Below are positions 27,948 to 41,904 of a stretch of 64,000 nucleotides of DNA, piece by piece. The first letter of the stretch is position 1, and each line of letters starts with the position of its first letter. Position numbers and translations under genes: made by a program. This DNA is from Callorhinchus milii (taxonomy: Eukaryota), in NCBI RefSeq assembly GCF_018977255.1, contig NW_024704743.1, forward strand, positions 32,862,001 through 32,926,000, given 5' to 3'. Below the pieces are notes generated by a model, which was given only the letters and a program-made list of their open reading frames with translations, was not told where the DNA came from and did not search any database.

Positions 27948-29509
27948 ACATACAAACAAAGATTCCCTTCCAGTAACCAGAAATGCATCATGTTGATGCA
28001 CAGGAGCCCTGCTCTGACAAAGTCTACTCCTGGAGCTGAATTTCCTACAAAATACAGCCACTACACTTCACAGTCATTCCTGTGAAACACGTTGAGACAT
28101 CTTGCTAAATTGAAAGGTGCTACATCAAATGCAAGGATTAATATTATTATTATTACTCCCATGGGCAAACTTGAATGAATCCCAATATAACAAGTTATCT
28201 AAAAGAGAGTTAAGTGAATAAAAATGGCACAAGTTAGAGAGGAGAAGGATGAACATAGCGTAGGAGCAAAGGGGAACAGATAAAAACTGATGAGCCGACA
28301 TGGACACAATTGAGGGGAATGGACAAGACACTACAGTTCTGAATGAGTTAGGGAGGTGGAAGGCTGGCATGGAAACATGCGCAACTGATGAAGCATAGTC
28401 AATGGGAAAACAAAATGGAAATGGGGCAACATAATAAGAAGGGGAACATGGGGGTTCAGGACATGGAGAGGTGAGTTTGGCAGGGGCCTGCGAGCTTAAG
28501 GGTCTTCAGGAAAGGTTGTGGGAGGCAAATCAGCTAGAACAGGCCTGGATGAAATGCTGAATAGGAATTGTTTGGAAGTCAACAGGGAGGCTGGTGACAG
28601 TGAAGCAAAGGGGAGACGAGGGAGTAGAAATGGTACTGGAACATGATGGAGTCCAGGAACAGAAGATGAATACAGCTGGGAGCTAAGTGGACAGAATGAG
28701 AGTTTATAGAGGCTGCTCACGTTACTTTCATTCGAGCTGGAAAATACAACACAAAACATCTGCCTGCACAGAGCACTAAAATCCGATGTTTGTTTTCAGT
28801 GCTATTCAGGAGTTGCTTGAGGCTATCTCATTCATGATGCTAAAATGTTACGTTGACAAGTGCTTTGTTCTCAAAGGGATGTCCCAAGAGCTCTGAAAAG
28901 GCAGTGAGCCCAAGTGCAATTCACAATGGCCCTGTTTACATTGCTCTAACCCTAAGCCAGCATGAATCATGCCACTCCTAAAAACACCTGTTCCAAGAGC
29001 TTTCAGGATCGTGGCTTCAGCACAGTTTGTGCTCTCTCAGGCCTCATTCATACCACATGAGTTGTAGTGAATTGCTACTAACAACACTATGGTTCACTGC
29101 CATTAATGCAGTACAAACAAAATATATTGAGAGTCAATTCACTTTGGAAAATCGAGTATGAGTTAATTTGATTATTTGCAGTAAATTTATTCATTGGTCT
29201 GAAAGAATCTATTTTCCTAACAGTGTAATGCTATTTAGTCCTCACCAAGGGAGCTGAGACGTTAGCGGTAATTTGGTGATTGACGAAATTTAAATATTGA
29301 CAAAAGTAAATGTATTGATTGTTCGTGTGCATTATTCCTTAGCAACGGTCATTTAATTTCTGGATCCAGAAATCAATCGAAAAAGAAGTCCCAGGCAATA
29401 AAAAGTTCAAAACCTATTATTTCTGAGATATATAGCTGCTCGGAATCACTTGCCAACTCAGAGAGTTTTCTCACCAATTTGTAATCTTCTGAGTATGCAC
29501 TTAAAAACA

Positions 29510-29885
29510 ATACAATACAAATTTATAATTATACAGTGCCTTTCACATCGGGAGAACATCTCAAAACGCTTACCACTGAGCTGGGAGCTAAGGAGGGTGG
29601 GAGGGGAGAAATGTCTGAAAGCCGACCAAGTCAGAAGGATTCTGGGATGGAGTTTCAGAAGGTGGGTACAGGTAGCCTGAAAATCCACTGCCGATGGTGG
29701 GGTGGTTAGGCATAGGGGACATGAACCAGGCCGATGCTTGCTGAGTGAAGGGATTGGTATGGTTGAGGAGGTCGCAGAGCGACAAGACTGTAGAGGGAAG
29801 TAAATGTGAGAACAAGGATTTTGAACTTGATCCAATGAGGGATGGGGAGCCAATGGAGCTGGGCAAAGATGTGGGTGATAGACTG
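29510..29885 (-). mobile_element. Older L2 3' fragment
   Basis: ITHIFAQLHWLPIPHWIKFKILVLTF. Confidence 0.8.
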
Positions 29886-30460
29886 ATCTTTGAAATGATC
29901 TTTGAAATAATAATAATAATAATTCTTGCACTTGCACATGCCTTATTTCACATCTTTGAGACGTCTCAAAGCACTTCACAGAATATACTGTAAAGTGAAT
30001 TGACTATATATTTTGTGGGCAAAACCATGAAGGATATGGGCTTCAGAGTTTTGGATAGTCTGCATCTTGTGTAGGGAAGAGTTGGGTAGTCCAGTAAGCA
30101 AAGCATTGGGCATAATAAATGCAGAGTTGGGGAGAAGCCATTAGAAGCAACAAAGTGGAGTCACAGGGATAAAACAGATAGGAGTAGGTAAAACCAGGAT
30201 AGGACAGAATCATGAAGGTGAAGCTGAGAGGAGAGGAAATGATTAGTTTAATCCTCGAACCCAGCACACCCAAGTTAAGTAAAATAAATCAAAGTAAGTG
30301 ATGAAGGCCCTAATATGTGTTTAATGACTTTAATGAGTAATCCCTGATCCCCATCAGGGGTTGGGTCAAAACAACGAAAAGAACAGCTTGGCTCAATTGC
30401 TAACACTTCTTGCTTTTCGTTCAAAAGACTGTGCATGCAAACCTCTTGTAGAGTCTACAC

Positions 30461-30682
30461 CAGCGGTGGCCAATCTTTATGGTCGGCCAACAAAATACAT
30501 TTTCTTGATTGAAGATTTCTTGATTCATTCCATAAATCAAGAAATATCCAATCAAGAAAAACACTGAAAACACACTACCGATCAAACATGGACATACCCA
30601 GACTCGTGCGAATGTTCTGCGGGCCACTTCTTGACGGTCACAGGCCACTTTCGGCCAACGGACCACAGGTTGGTCACAGCAG
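30461..30682. mobile_element. hAT (Charlie-like) MITE with 8-bp TSD, nested in an old SINE
   Basis: TSD gtctacac at 30453-30460 and 30683-30690; imperfect 16-bp TIRs cagcggtggccaatct / aggttggtcacagcag; internal inverted repeat ~30500-30560; flanks (30385-30452, 30691-30840) join into a SacSINE1-like SINE. Confidence 0.85.
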
Positions 30683-31971
30683 GTCTACACTGACGTCCAG
30701 CTAGGTACTTGGGGAGTGCTGCACTGTTGAAGGTGCTCTCCCATGGATAAGATGTTAATCCACATCCTACCTGCCTGTACAGATGACATTAAAGATTCCA
30801 TGACACGATTCAAAAAAGAGAACGTCCTGGCCAACAACAATCCTTCCAATTAATTCGTCAGATTAAATAAAATAACCCCAAAAAACTGCTTCAGATCAGA
30901 CAGTTTCTTGTGGTGATGAAGAGCCACAGTGGAAATGTGGGCCTTCAGTTGGTGATGCTGTGTAACATTTACTTTTTAAGTGACTTCTCAGCTGTTCCAT
31001 ACTGCAAGAGTTTCTGCTTCCTAGCCATTGACAAGGCCCCTACCAAATTAAATTAACCTTTTTCTTCTGTCTAAGTGATGCTTCTCACTCAAGATTACAT
31101 AGAGTCACATGCTGTACAATACAACTTACACCTCTACAGTACCTTACACATTGGGAGAATGCCCCAAAGCGCTTGACAATTTTGTCTAGGCACTGGAGCT
31201 GAGGGTGGAAGCTGGGTGGGGGATGAGAAGGGGAAAGATGACCAAAGTGCTGTCAAAAAGGTATGTTTTGAGGCGTACATTGAAAGAGGGGAGGAAGGGA
31301 GCGAGTCTGACGGTCCTGGGAATAGAGTTCCAGAGAGCGGGCTCCAAGTGGCTGAAAAAATCACGTGCCTTGTCACAGGTACACAGAATGATTCAGCATG
31401 GAAACAAGCTATTTGGCCCAACTAGTCCGTGTCAGCATTTATCCTCCACACGACCCCCATCCCTCCTCTTCCCCTCACCTATATCACATTATTCCCTTCT
31501 CCCTCATGTTTACAGCAAGTTTTACCTTAAATACTTTGATATTTTTTGCTTCAAAAAGATTATGTTTCCGAGGGGCAGAAATGTTAAGGTTTTCACTAAG
31601 CAGTGATTGTTGGTTTGGTAGCACAATATCCTGCTGTTGCTTAAGAAAGATATAGCCTTGTAACCAAATACTGCAATTGTAAACCACTTAACTCTAATTT
31701 ACATTGTGCCTGCACTGGTGCTAGCTTTCCCATTGGAGCTCTCTGCTCTCATCCAATTTCTCTGCTCTTTCCTCATACCCTTTAACATTATTTTCCTGAA
31801 GTATTTATTCATTTTTCTTTTGCCATTATGGACTTACGATAAAATAATAATAATTCTTGCACATGACTTGATTTCAATGGCCATTTGTGGCAATTGCAAA
31901 ACACAGTATTCCTGTGTATGTATGTGTAAAAATTGTATTCTATTCTCCACTTTGAATCCTTGAATTCCTAA

Positions 31972-33180
31972 AATCATAGAATTATACAGCACAGAAGGAG
32001 GCCATTCGGCTCATCGTGTCTGTGCTGGCTCTTTGAAAAGAGCTATCCAAATCAATCCCACTCCCCTGCTCTCTCCTCATAGATTGCAAACTTGTCCTCC
32101 TCAAATAATTATCTACTTCTCTCCTAAAAGTTGTTATCGAATTGGCTTCCACCACCCTTTCAGGCAATGCATTCCAGATCCGAACAACTCGCTGAGTGAA
32201 AAAATTTCTCCTCACCTCCCCTCTGTTTCTTTTAACAACTATTTTAAATCAGTGTCCTCAGGTTAACAACCCACCTGTCAGTGGAAATAGTTTCCCCTTG
32301 TTCACCCTATCGAATCCCCTCATAATTCTGTTAAGTCTCTTCTTAACTTTTTTGCTCAAAGGTTAGAATAATCTTAGCTTCTCTAGCTTCTCCAGATAAC
32401 TGAAGTCCCTCATTCCTGGTACCATCCTGGTAAATCTCCTTTGCACCTTCTCCGATGCCTTGACATCCTTCCTAAAGTATGGTACCCAGAACTGAATACA
32501 GTACTCCAGCTGAGGCCTAACCTATAAAGCTTCATCATAACTTCCTGACTTTTGTATTCTATGCCCCTATCTATAAAGCCCAGTATCCCGTATGCTTTTT
32601 GAGCAGCTTTATCTACCTGTCCTGCCACCTTCAAAGATTTATGTATATGAACCCACAGGTCTCTCTGTTCCTTCACCCCTTTAAGATTCTACCATCAGCT
32701 TACATTGCCTCTCCTCATTCTTCCTCCCAAAATGCATCTCTTTGCATTTCTCCGCATTAAACTTCATCTGCCACGTGTCTGCCCATTTTACCAGTCTGCC
32801 TATGCCCATTTGCAGTCTGCTACTATCCTCCTCGCTGGTTACTACTTTTCCTTGCTTAGTATCATCTGCAAACTTGGAAATTGTACTCCATATACCCAAG
32901 TCCAGGTCATTTATGTAGATCAAAGACAGCAGTGGTCCCAATACTGACCCCTGGGGAACACCACTGCACACTTCCCTCCAGTCAGAAAAACAACCATTCA
33001 CCACCACTCTCTGCTTTCTGTCTCCCAGCCAGTTCTGTATCCATGCACTGTCCCTTTAATACCGTGGGTTTCTATTTTGCTTACAAGTCTTTTATGTGGC
33101 ACTTTATCAAATACCTTTTGAAAATCCACATAAACTACATCAACTGTACTACCCTCATCAACCCTCTCTGTTACTTCATA
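31972..33180 (-). mobile_element. CR1 LINE, 5'-truncated, with reverse transcriptase core
   Basis: VDVVYVDFQKVFDKVPHKRL, SGVPQGSVLGPLLSLIYINDLD...ISKFADDTK, RRNFFTQRVVRIWNALP; frameshifted. Confidence 0.95.
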
Positions 33181-34453
33181 AAAATACTGCAATTGTACTT
33201 ATACCCTCTTGTCATTAATTTGCAAATCAATGGAAATACATCAGTCTCTCATTTTAACCCTTCAAAGGCATTTATAATTTTATTAATCTGCTGGACTTCC
33301 CCCTTAACCTCCTCCGCCTGGATGAAAACAGCCAGAGTTTTTCAAGTCTCACCACATAGCTACATTCTCCCATCTCTAGAGTCATTTGAATGAATCTGTA
33401 CTATAACCTTTGGATGATTGTGATGTCCTTGGTATTTGCAAAAAGATCCATTGACAAACGAAAAACAATTTTCAAAGCTGTTTACATTTGTCTTGAGAGA
33501 GCTAATTTAGCGTATTACAGCTCTTTGGATCAGTTATTTTTAAACTCTTTAAAGCTACTTAACGCTGACATTAATTAAGTTCTTAAACTGCAACATATTT
33601 TGCTTAAGGTCTACAATAGAAGCCCGATGAAGGGCTCCTCTGAGCAGCTCCTCTGGAAAATGTGGCAAACTTGTTGAGCAAATCTTCCAAAGCAGGTGGT
33701 GACTGAAATGTCTTTGGATCAGACTGAAGCACTCCCAGCTGCAGAGCCTGTGGTAACTTGACACTACAATCCATGCAAGAAAGAAGCTTTAAAGTTGAGT
33801 GATTTGATCCATTCAATGGGATAAAAACGCTAAAATTATAGTAATTATTTTAACGTGGACTAACAGCCCTAATAATATGACTGTATGTACTATTACTCAA
33901 ACAAAAGTCGCCATTACCCCAATGCTATGTTTCCTGGCATGATTATGCAGATTAAACAGCTATTTATTAAAGCTGTAAGATGAAAGGAGTGATGACCAGC
34001 AATTTGAGGAAGAAAGATACTAAAAATGTTGCCATTTCCAGTGTGAAATGGATCTAAGGCAATGGAAATGAGTTGTAATGGCCAGAGAGATGTATTAATA
34101 ATCATTCTTGTTTTGATATAGGGCCCATAGTTTAGACATCTCATAGCACTATTCAGGGAATTGCTGTCAAGTATAGTGACTGACATTTGTAGGAGCCGAT
34201 TGAGCACAGCAAGCTCCCATAAACAGCTATGAAGTGATTCATCAATTTATATGGAGGATTGTTGGCCAGGACACCGGGAAAACTTCCTTCTCTTTTCGAA
34301 TCATACCATGGAATCTTTTAATTTCCAACTGAACAAGAAAATGGCACCTTGGCTTAATGTCTCATCCCAAGGATGTCACGTCTGACAGTGCAGTACTTTT
34401 CCAAAACACTTACGTCAATAATATTTGTTGTGCTGAATCCATGTTCAATCATT

Positions 34454-34785
34454 GGAGTTCTGTAGCTCAGTGGTTAGAGCACTCACTTTGCAAGTGAGAG
34501 ACCTGAGTTCAATTCCAGGCAGGGCGAAACCTTGGCCAAGTTTCCTTACTCCACACAGAGCCTAATAATAATCCCTCCAAAACCAAAAACAATAATAAAT
34601 TGGTCATTTTCAATCCACGACTGTTTGTGGGACACTGCTGTGCGCAATTGGCTGCCGCGTTCGCCCACAAATATGCAGTCAATTCACTTTACAGTGTGTT
34701 CTGTGAAGCGCTTTGGGACATTCTCCCGACGTGAAAAGCGCTATATCAAATGCAAGGATTATTATTATATTATTATTATTATTAT
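34454..34785 (+). mobile_element. tRNA-derived SINE, short form
   Basis: Very similar to 45146-45474; long (TTA)n tail. Confidence 0.92.
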
Positions 34786-35104
34786 TTCCTTGGTTAAAAG
34801 GGTATATCCATGGGCAAGATTCTGTAGACATTTCCTAGATATCACATGTATGAGGCAGTATTTTTGTGTTGGTATTTGCTCCACCAAGAAGCCATGTGTC
34901 CTAACCCCAATTTTTTTTTGTCTGTCCGTCCATCTAATTTATTTATTCTTTCCCCTGCTCCGTCTCCTTACCCTCCAACACCCTTATTCTGCATGTGTTT
35001 GTCCAATTCTTTTTTAAATGGCCCAGTTGACTGATCTGGTGAATTATTCCATGCCCTGAGAACCTTCTGGGAGAAATAATTCTTCAGAACCTCTCCCATT
35101 ACTC

Positions 35105-36777
35105 TCTGCGCTGTTGCAAACCAACTTTGCTCATAACGCACTCTCCACTCCCTACTCGAATCCCTCCAGTCCAGTTTCCACCCAACCTACAGCACAGAAA
35201 CAGCGCTCGTCAAAGTAACACATGACATCCTCTTTCTCTCTCTATGACCAGGGCTCCCTCTGCCTCCTCAGTCTCCTGGACAACGTTTGACACAGTTGAC
35301 CACGCCATCCTTCTCCACCGCCTCTCTCCCTCATCCACCTTATTGCGTGGTTCGAGTCCTACTTAACTAACCGCAAGCACTTCATCTTGGCAAATGGTTT
35401 TTCCTCTTGCCCCCGCCCAATCATCTGTAGGGTACCCTTGGCCATTCTTGGCCCCGTCCTCTTCCTTATCTACAACAACAATAATAAATTACATTTATGT
35501 AGCGCCTTTCATGTCAGGAGGACGTCCCAAGGTGCTGGACAGTCAGGGATCCTTGACTTCCTTGACCTCTCTGCTGCCTTTGATACCGTTGACCACTTTA
35601 TCCTCCTCCACTGCCTCTCCTCTTAGCTCAACCTTTATGGTTCTGTCCTTGAATGGTTCGGATCCGACCTCACACCATCTCCACTTGATCTCCACAAACG
35701 GCTTCTCCTCTAGCCTCCGCACCGTCTTGTGCGGCATCACTCAGGGCTCTGCCCTTGGTCCCCTCCGATTCAATATCTATATGCTCCCTCTTGGTGACAT
35801 CATCCGCAAACATGGGGTCAATTTCCACATGTATACGGATGACACCCAACTCTATCTTTCTGCCTCCACCCTCGACTCCGGGACCACTGCTGTGCTGACA
35901 GAATGTCTGTCAGACAACAAGTCCTAGATGAGAGCTAACTTTCTACAGCTGAATGTCAACAAGACCGAGGCCCTCCTGATTGACTCCTGTCAGCGCCTCC
36001 ACACTTCAGGCACTGACAGCATTTACCATCCAAGGATGCACATTCCAGCTTGCTAAACCAGTGCGGAACCTCGGCATCTTGTTTGACCTTTCTACCCCAC
36101 ATCCGTAGCATAACCCCCTTTGCCTTCCTCCACCTCTGCAACATCGCCCTGCTCCGCCACTGTCTCACACCGCAGGTCGACAAAACCCTCATACATGCTT
36201 TCATAACATTCAAGCTCGATTATGCAAACTCCCTGCTTGTTGGCCTCCCCATCTCCTCCTCCACAGGCTGCAGATTATCCAGAACTCTGTAGCCCGTGTC
36301 CTCTCCCGCACTGGCTCCGCGACCCTATCACCCCCTTCCTCGCCCGACTCCACTGGCTTCCAATACAGAGGATACAATTCAAGATCCTGGTCCTCACTTT
36401 CAAAGCCCTCCATGACCTTGCTCCTCCCTACCTCTGTGACCTCCTAACCCCTTACAATCCTGCCCACTCCCTCCGCTAAGCAGGCTTCATGTCCGCTGCC
36501 TCACTCGCCCCACCATTGGTGGGCGGGCCTTCAGCCAGTCTGTCCCCACCCTCTGGAACTCCATCCACAGTCCCTCCACCTCACCTCCTCTCTTACCTCC
36601 TTCAAGACCTGTCTCAAGAACTTCCTCTTTGACTGTGCCTTCAGTCACCCTCTTTCCCCCCGCTGCCCTCCACCATCCCTGATCCCGACTCTCAGCTTGG
36701 GGCTAAAGAACTGATTATCCAGCACCTTGGGACATCCTCCCGATGTGAATGCGCTATACAAAAGTAATGTTGTTGTT
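35105..36777 (+). mobile_element. Rearranged L2 LINE (RT core to 3' tail) with internal duplication and an inverted tail insert
   Basis: [58 protein letters not shown]; ~35280-35470 repeats ~35570-35780; inverted L2 tail at ~35473-35545. Confidence 0.92.
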
Positions 36778-38454
36778 CTAAGCTACACTCCACACTAAAT
36801 CACAATCTTGAATTCATGCCCTTTGGTCCTTGAATCCCCTACCAGTGCAATGAGTTTTCAATGTTATTTTCTCAAACTCTTTCATCATCTTAAACACCTC
36901 TATACTAGCATTCCCCCATCTTCTCTGCCTCAATGGAGAGAGTCCTAACATCTTTCATAGCTATCTCCTTTTCTCTCCGATATCAACCTTGTAAAATTAG
37001 GCTGCATTCTTCCCACAACTCCAATACCCTTCTATAACATGTTGTCCAAAACTGAATATAATATTCTAACCACAGGCTACCTAATTTCTTAAACAATGTA
37101 TTATATCGATTCATGACTATGATGCTCAACAAATTATAAGATTGCTTAGAAAATTGCAACAATCAGATTTATTTAGTCAAGTGCACAATAAGACAATCAT
37201 CACTCACACACTAATTTAGAACTAATGGAAACCAGACGGCAGAAATCCAAATTAGATGCCTGCCCTTGGTTGCTTCCAAAACAAAATTGATGGAAGATCT
37301 GGTTGTGTGCATTTGTGTTTTTGTGCACCTTACTGCATGCTTAGATGGAAACTGCTTGAATGCCACTTCATTCTCAATACATATGGGAGTAGCATTTTTA
37401 ATTAGCCCCTAAGATATTGCACATGAAAATTGTTTGGCTTAAAACTGTTTAAAAAACATTAAAACTAATTGAAAAAATATTATAAACTTTGCATTTGCCC
37501 AGGTGTTTGCAATTTAATGTGTCTTGACTTATTTAAAATGAAGATTGACATGTTCACAATTCTGCAAAGTGGGTTTAAATGCTTTGATTGACATATGGTT
37601 TCACAGTTTATCAACTCTTTGTCAATTACTTCTGTAGCAGATAGGCTCCAATTGTTTGTGAAAAAAGTACATTTGCAACAGCTAATAGACTTACCGAGAT
37701 TAGTGCTATGTTGACTTAGGAACTAGCATTAAGCTTTATATTGCAGTGATTCCTAACAGGAGGTATTAATGATGTTGTTTACAATTCCGTCTGGTAATTG
37801 GATTTATAATACTCCAGATCATGGGAACTCAGCTATTCAGCTACAATAAATCTATTTCCAGCAATCTCTTGAACTAGGTTTCATGTACCCATCACTCCCA
37901 CCCTGCTTTCAAAACTCTCTTGATGTCTTTGACTGTGCTTTTGGTCAATACCCTTCAATCCCACATTTTTCTGCTTGGTGCTCTCCATCATACCTGTAAA
38001 AAACTTTGAGAAGTTCATCCTATGTGGAAAGGCACTATACAAGTGCAACTTATTTGCTTTTGCTATGGGCATTTTATTAAACAAAAACCTCAAACTCCAC
38101 ACTTCTGAAGGGACAGGTGAGGCCTGTATCAAGTTATTGGGTTACTGTTGCGAAGAGAGACCAGGAACGCTCCTAAGTGATGATTTCCTTGAAGTGATGA
38201 GTCTTTTTATTATGTAGCTACATCTACTCACCGTGCAGTCAGAGGGAGATCAAGGAAAGTTCAGTGCCAGGAGATTTAATCACTTCTCATCATGGGCTTC
38301 TTGTGGAGGTGTGATTGCCTGTCCCAGAATATTCGTAATGTAAAAGAGCTACAAGTCTGACCAGACCTGAATACCACTCGACTTGTTCTTCCCTCAAACT
38401 GGACAGAATACAGGAAAAAAAACTTGCCTGATAGGTGATCCTCTCAATTCTAGT

Positions 38455-38580
38455 CTGCAACATCATTTTCTGTAATAAAAACAGAAGTCGCTGGGAACAC
38501 GTAGCATCTACGGAGAGAGGAAAATTAGTTAACATTTTAGGTCGATAACTTTTGGGCCAGATCCCATTTTCAGAACTCAT
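38455..38580. mobile_element. Possible Penelope-like terminal repeat remnant
   Basis: aaaaacagaagtcgctgggaac...agcatctacggagagag...gttaacattttaggtcga resembles chondrichthyan Penelope terminal repeats as I recall them; hammerhead core not intact. Confidence 0.45.
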
Positions 38581-38603
38581 AGGACATTATTTTCTGTGAT
38601 GTA

Positions 38604-38820
38604 TCTAACCCCACAATAGTCTACTACCTCTATAACCCAAAACATGACCTCTATCTATTTAACCCCACAATGATCTCTGACCTCTCTAACCCCACAATAA
38701 TCTCTGATGAATCCAACCCCACAATGACCTTTGAACTATTTAATCCCACAATTATCTCTGATTTATCTAATGCCGCAATGATTGCTGATAAATCTAACGC
38801 CACAATGATCTTGTGACCTG
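38604..38820. repeat. Degenerate 27-bp minisatellite, ~8 units
   Basis: Unit approximately taaccccacaatgatctctgacctctc. Confidence 0.85.
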
Positions 38821-39759
38821 ACAAATAAGGTAGCAAGTCCAATACAACCCTTTATTTGGACACTGTGGATGTGAAAACAGTGTGGATATCAAGCCATCAC
38901 ACAATGTACTGCACTGCCTCTTGGTTTAGATCCTAGTACATTGCCAGCTGTCAAAACAAAGGGTAAAGAAAACATCTTGCGAAATGGCTTGTAGATTTTT
39001 AGAACCTATGTTTGCTTCTGCGTTGATAACACATGGGTTTTGTTTGTCTTTTTTTAAAGCAGGCAAATGGATGGAAATTGCTTAATTGCACATCGTAAAG
39101 CGTTTGATCCTAGGGAATGGAACCCATGAGTAATCAGAAACTACAGGTAGGGTTTTAAGCGCTCTGAGACTTCACCCTGCATGGAGGGTGCTATATAAGT
39201 GCAAGTTGTTGTTGTTCTTATGACTCTACAGGATTAAGCACACAGTACGGTTACAACACATGAATGCACAGTATTTTTAACTTTGAGCAGAAGTCAAAAT
39301 TACCCTTTAAATGTCATGTCCTGACAAACAAAAGATGAATCAATAACATGTCGATGTTTGAAAGAGTTACGGATGAAATACAATTTTCAAACTTTCTCTC
39401 TCCACAGGAGGAGATTGGATGATACAACGGTGTAGAATTTTGGTCCAAATCATCAACATTAGTATCTTCTCCAGTAACGTCTCGGAGTAGTTAACAATGC
39501 TATAGTTTAAGGCTGAGCTGTAGACACGGTCAAAGAGGAAAATCTTCAGGTGCGATCTGAAGGCAGGCAAAGAGAGGGAAAGGCAGAGGAGTGGACACTC
39601 AGAGGTAGTGGGCGACAGAATTTTAAATCATGCTCGGCAGACCAGCCAAATGAAGACTTGCGTGGTGTATAAACACCAGCATGGACTGGTTGAGCCGAGC
39701 GACTTGTTTCCATGCTGTATGTTCTTTTAATTTTTGTAATCTTTGGCAGAAGTTTTTAA

Positions 39760-40302
39760 GGTCATTCAGAAGTCTGCAGCTCGTGTACTGTCCCGCACCA
39801 GGCTTCGCGACCACATCACTCCCACCCTCGCTCGCCTCCACTGGCTCCCCATCCCCAGCGGATCGAATTCACCTACAAGGCCATTCACGGCCTTGCTCCC
39901 CCCTACCTCTCCGACCTACTATCCCCCTACGTACCTGCCTCTGTACCATACCCTCTGTTCCTCTGGCTCCAGTCTGCTCCACATCCCCGCCCTAAACGCC
40001 CTACCATCGGTGGCCGGGCCTTCAGCCTCTCAGCCCCTAGACTTACTGCGTAATGTTTGAAGTGCTCCATCCCCCAGTGCCTTCGCCTTGCTTCCTCCCT
40101 TTCCTCCTTCAAGGCCGGTCTCAAGACCTTTCTCTTCGACCGTACCTTCAGCTCCCCTCTCAACTCTCTGCCCTCTCCTCGCTCCCTCCCTTCCCTCACC
40201 CTGACCATTTCCCCCCTGCTCGGGTCCCGACCCAACTGTCCAGCGCTTGGGACGTCCTCCCGATGTGAAAGGCGCTCTATAAATGAAATCTTGTTGTTGT
40301 TG
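39760..40302 (+). mobile_element. L2 LINE 3' fragment
   Basis: [43 protein letters not shown]; tail. Confidence 0.92.
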
Positions 40303-41550
40303 TCTTGTTGTAAGGTCTCACATTGTACTTGTAAGGGTAAAGTGAGTTTGTATTTACACCTGTTGTCATGACATTAACATGTGATGCTTCTGTATACAAC
40401 CTGAAATGTTGATAATAAGCAGGTAAGCCAATTTATTGACAAATGCACCAGATGGATGCCTTATATTGGTTTATTAAAAAGTAAATGGTAATAGAGCAAA
40501 ATACAGTACTATTGTGACCTTTATTTTGTAAGACGTAATGATAAACTGTTCACCAGAGCAAAGCCATCATGTTAAAAGGGACTTTTTTTTATGTGTTCAC
40601 AGTGAATGAGTAAATGGAATTGACTGATAATGGATGCCCAGAAACTGTTTAATGCAGGTAATACTATGTAATGTATGAAGTGCTGCAAAAAGATCCCAGT
40701 GTTTACATTTATTACCATAAAATATTCACATCAAATAAAAATGTTAAAGTTACTTTTGTTAAAATGGTTCCTGTTAAAGGAATAACTCCATAGAGGAGTG
40801 TTTTAGCTGTGGAGGAGTTAGATTGTAAGCGGACAATGTTCCAGAAATGAAAGGTGGCAAGGATTGGGTGTAGGTTTTGAAACCAAGCTGGGATCAAACA
40901 AAAATTACCCACTGGCTCAGTAAAGTAAAGCTAGAGCCAGTGGCAAGAAAATACTGGCAAGAACTGAACAAAATGGTTTGAGTTTTACAGTAAATTTGTG
41001 CAGCTCCTCTTGGTCATTGTGAGGGAGACAGTCACCACTGGTGAGTTCCAACAGACTGGAAAGCAAGCAAACTTGGGTTCCATATTCAAGAAAGGTGGCA
41101 GAACCATAACTAGCAACTACAGACCCATTACACTGACTTCAATAATTGGATGACTGAAGGAGTCAATCGTCAGGAAGAAAATGGGATATTATTTGTNAAA
41201 AAACCTAATAAATAATGATAATCCTTACCTTTGGTAAAGTGCCTTTCACATCAAGGAGATGTCCCAAACTGTTTCACGGGATATACTGTAAAGTGCAGTG
41301 ACTATCTGTTTTGTGGGCGAATGTGGCTGCCAATTTTGCACACAGCAATGTCCCACAAACAGCCATCAATTGAATGACCAATTTTATTTGGGCGGGTGGT
41401 GGGAGTTTGTTGGCCAGGAAACTGGGGCAGCAGAATAAGAACTGAAAATCTATATACTTCAAGATTCCCTTCTATTTTCGAATAATGTCATGGGATATTT
41501 AGCTTCCCTCTGAACCAGTAGATGGGGCTCAGTTGAATACGCATATATAA

Positions 41551-41904
41551 TAATAATATAATAATTCTTGCAGTTGATATAGCATTTTATCATGTCTTTG
41601 AAACATCTCAAAGCGCTTCACAGAATATACTGTAAAGTGAATTGACTGTATATTTCTTGGGCAAAACGTGGCAGCCAATTGCACACAGAGGTGTCCCAGT
41701 CAGTTGTGGATTGAGTGACCAATTTTTTTTTAAGGAATTATTACCCCAATAAAGCGATCTGCCAATCAACTAACAATTGAGTTTCTACTTACTGCTAGCT
41801 AAACAGAGGCGTGTGGAGTAAGGAAACTTGCCTAAAATTTCATCCTGCCGGGAATCTAAGACAAGTCTCTCGCTTGCGAGACAAGTGCTTTAACCACTGA
41901 GCTA
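41551..41904 (-). mobile_element. tRNA-derived SINE (long form) inserted into an older Deu SINE, itself inside a CR1 fragment
   Basis: Older SINE runs ~41215-41540 and resumes ~41920-42050; CR1 RT-region motifs (W..ANL..IFKKG, NYRPITLTS) at ~41050-41150, with further CR1 sequence at ~42080-42440. Confidence 0.8.

Noticed and set aside
38604..38820. CRISPR-like array
   Set aside because: Contiguous degenerate tandem units without unique spacers, in vertebrate DNA with no cas genes
18281..41197. Single N bases at 18281, 18325 and 41197
   Set aside because: All adjoin A homopolymers, so they are sequencing/assembly ambiguities and not biology; they do caution that the assembly is draft quality
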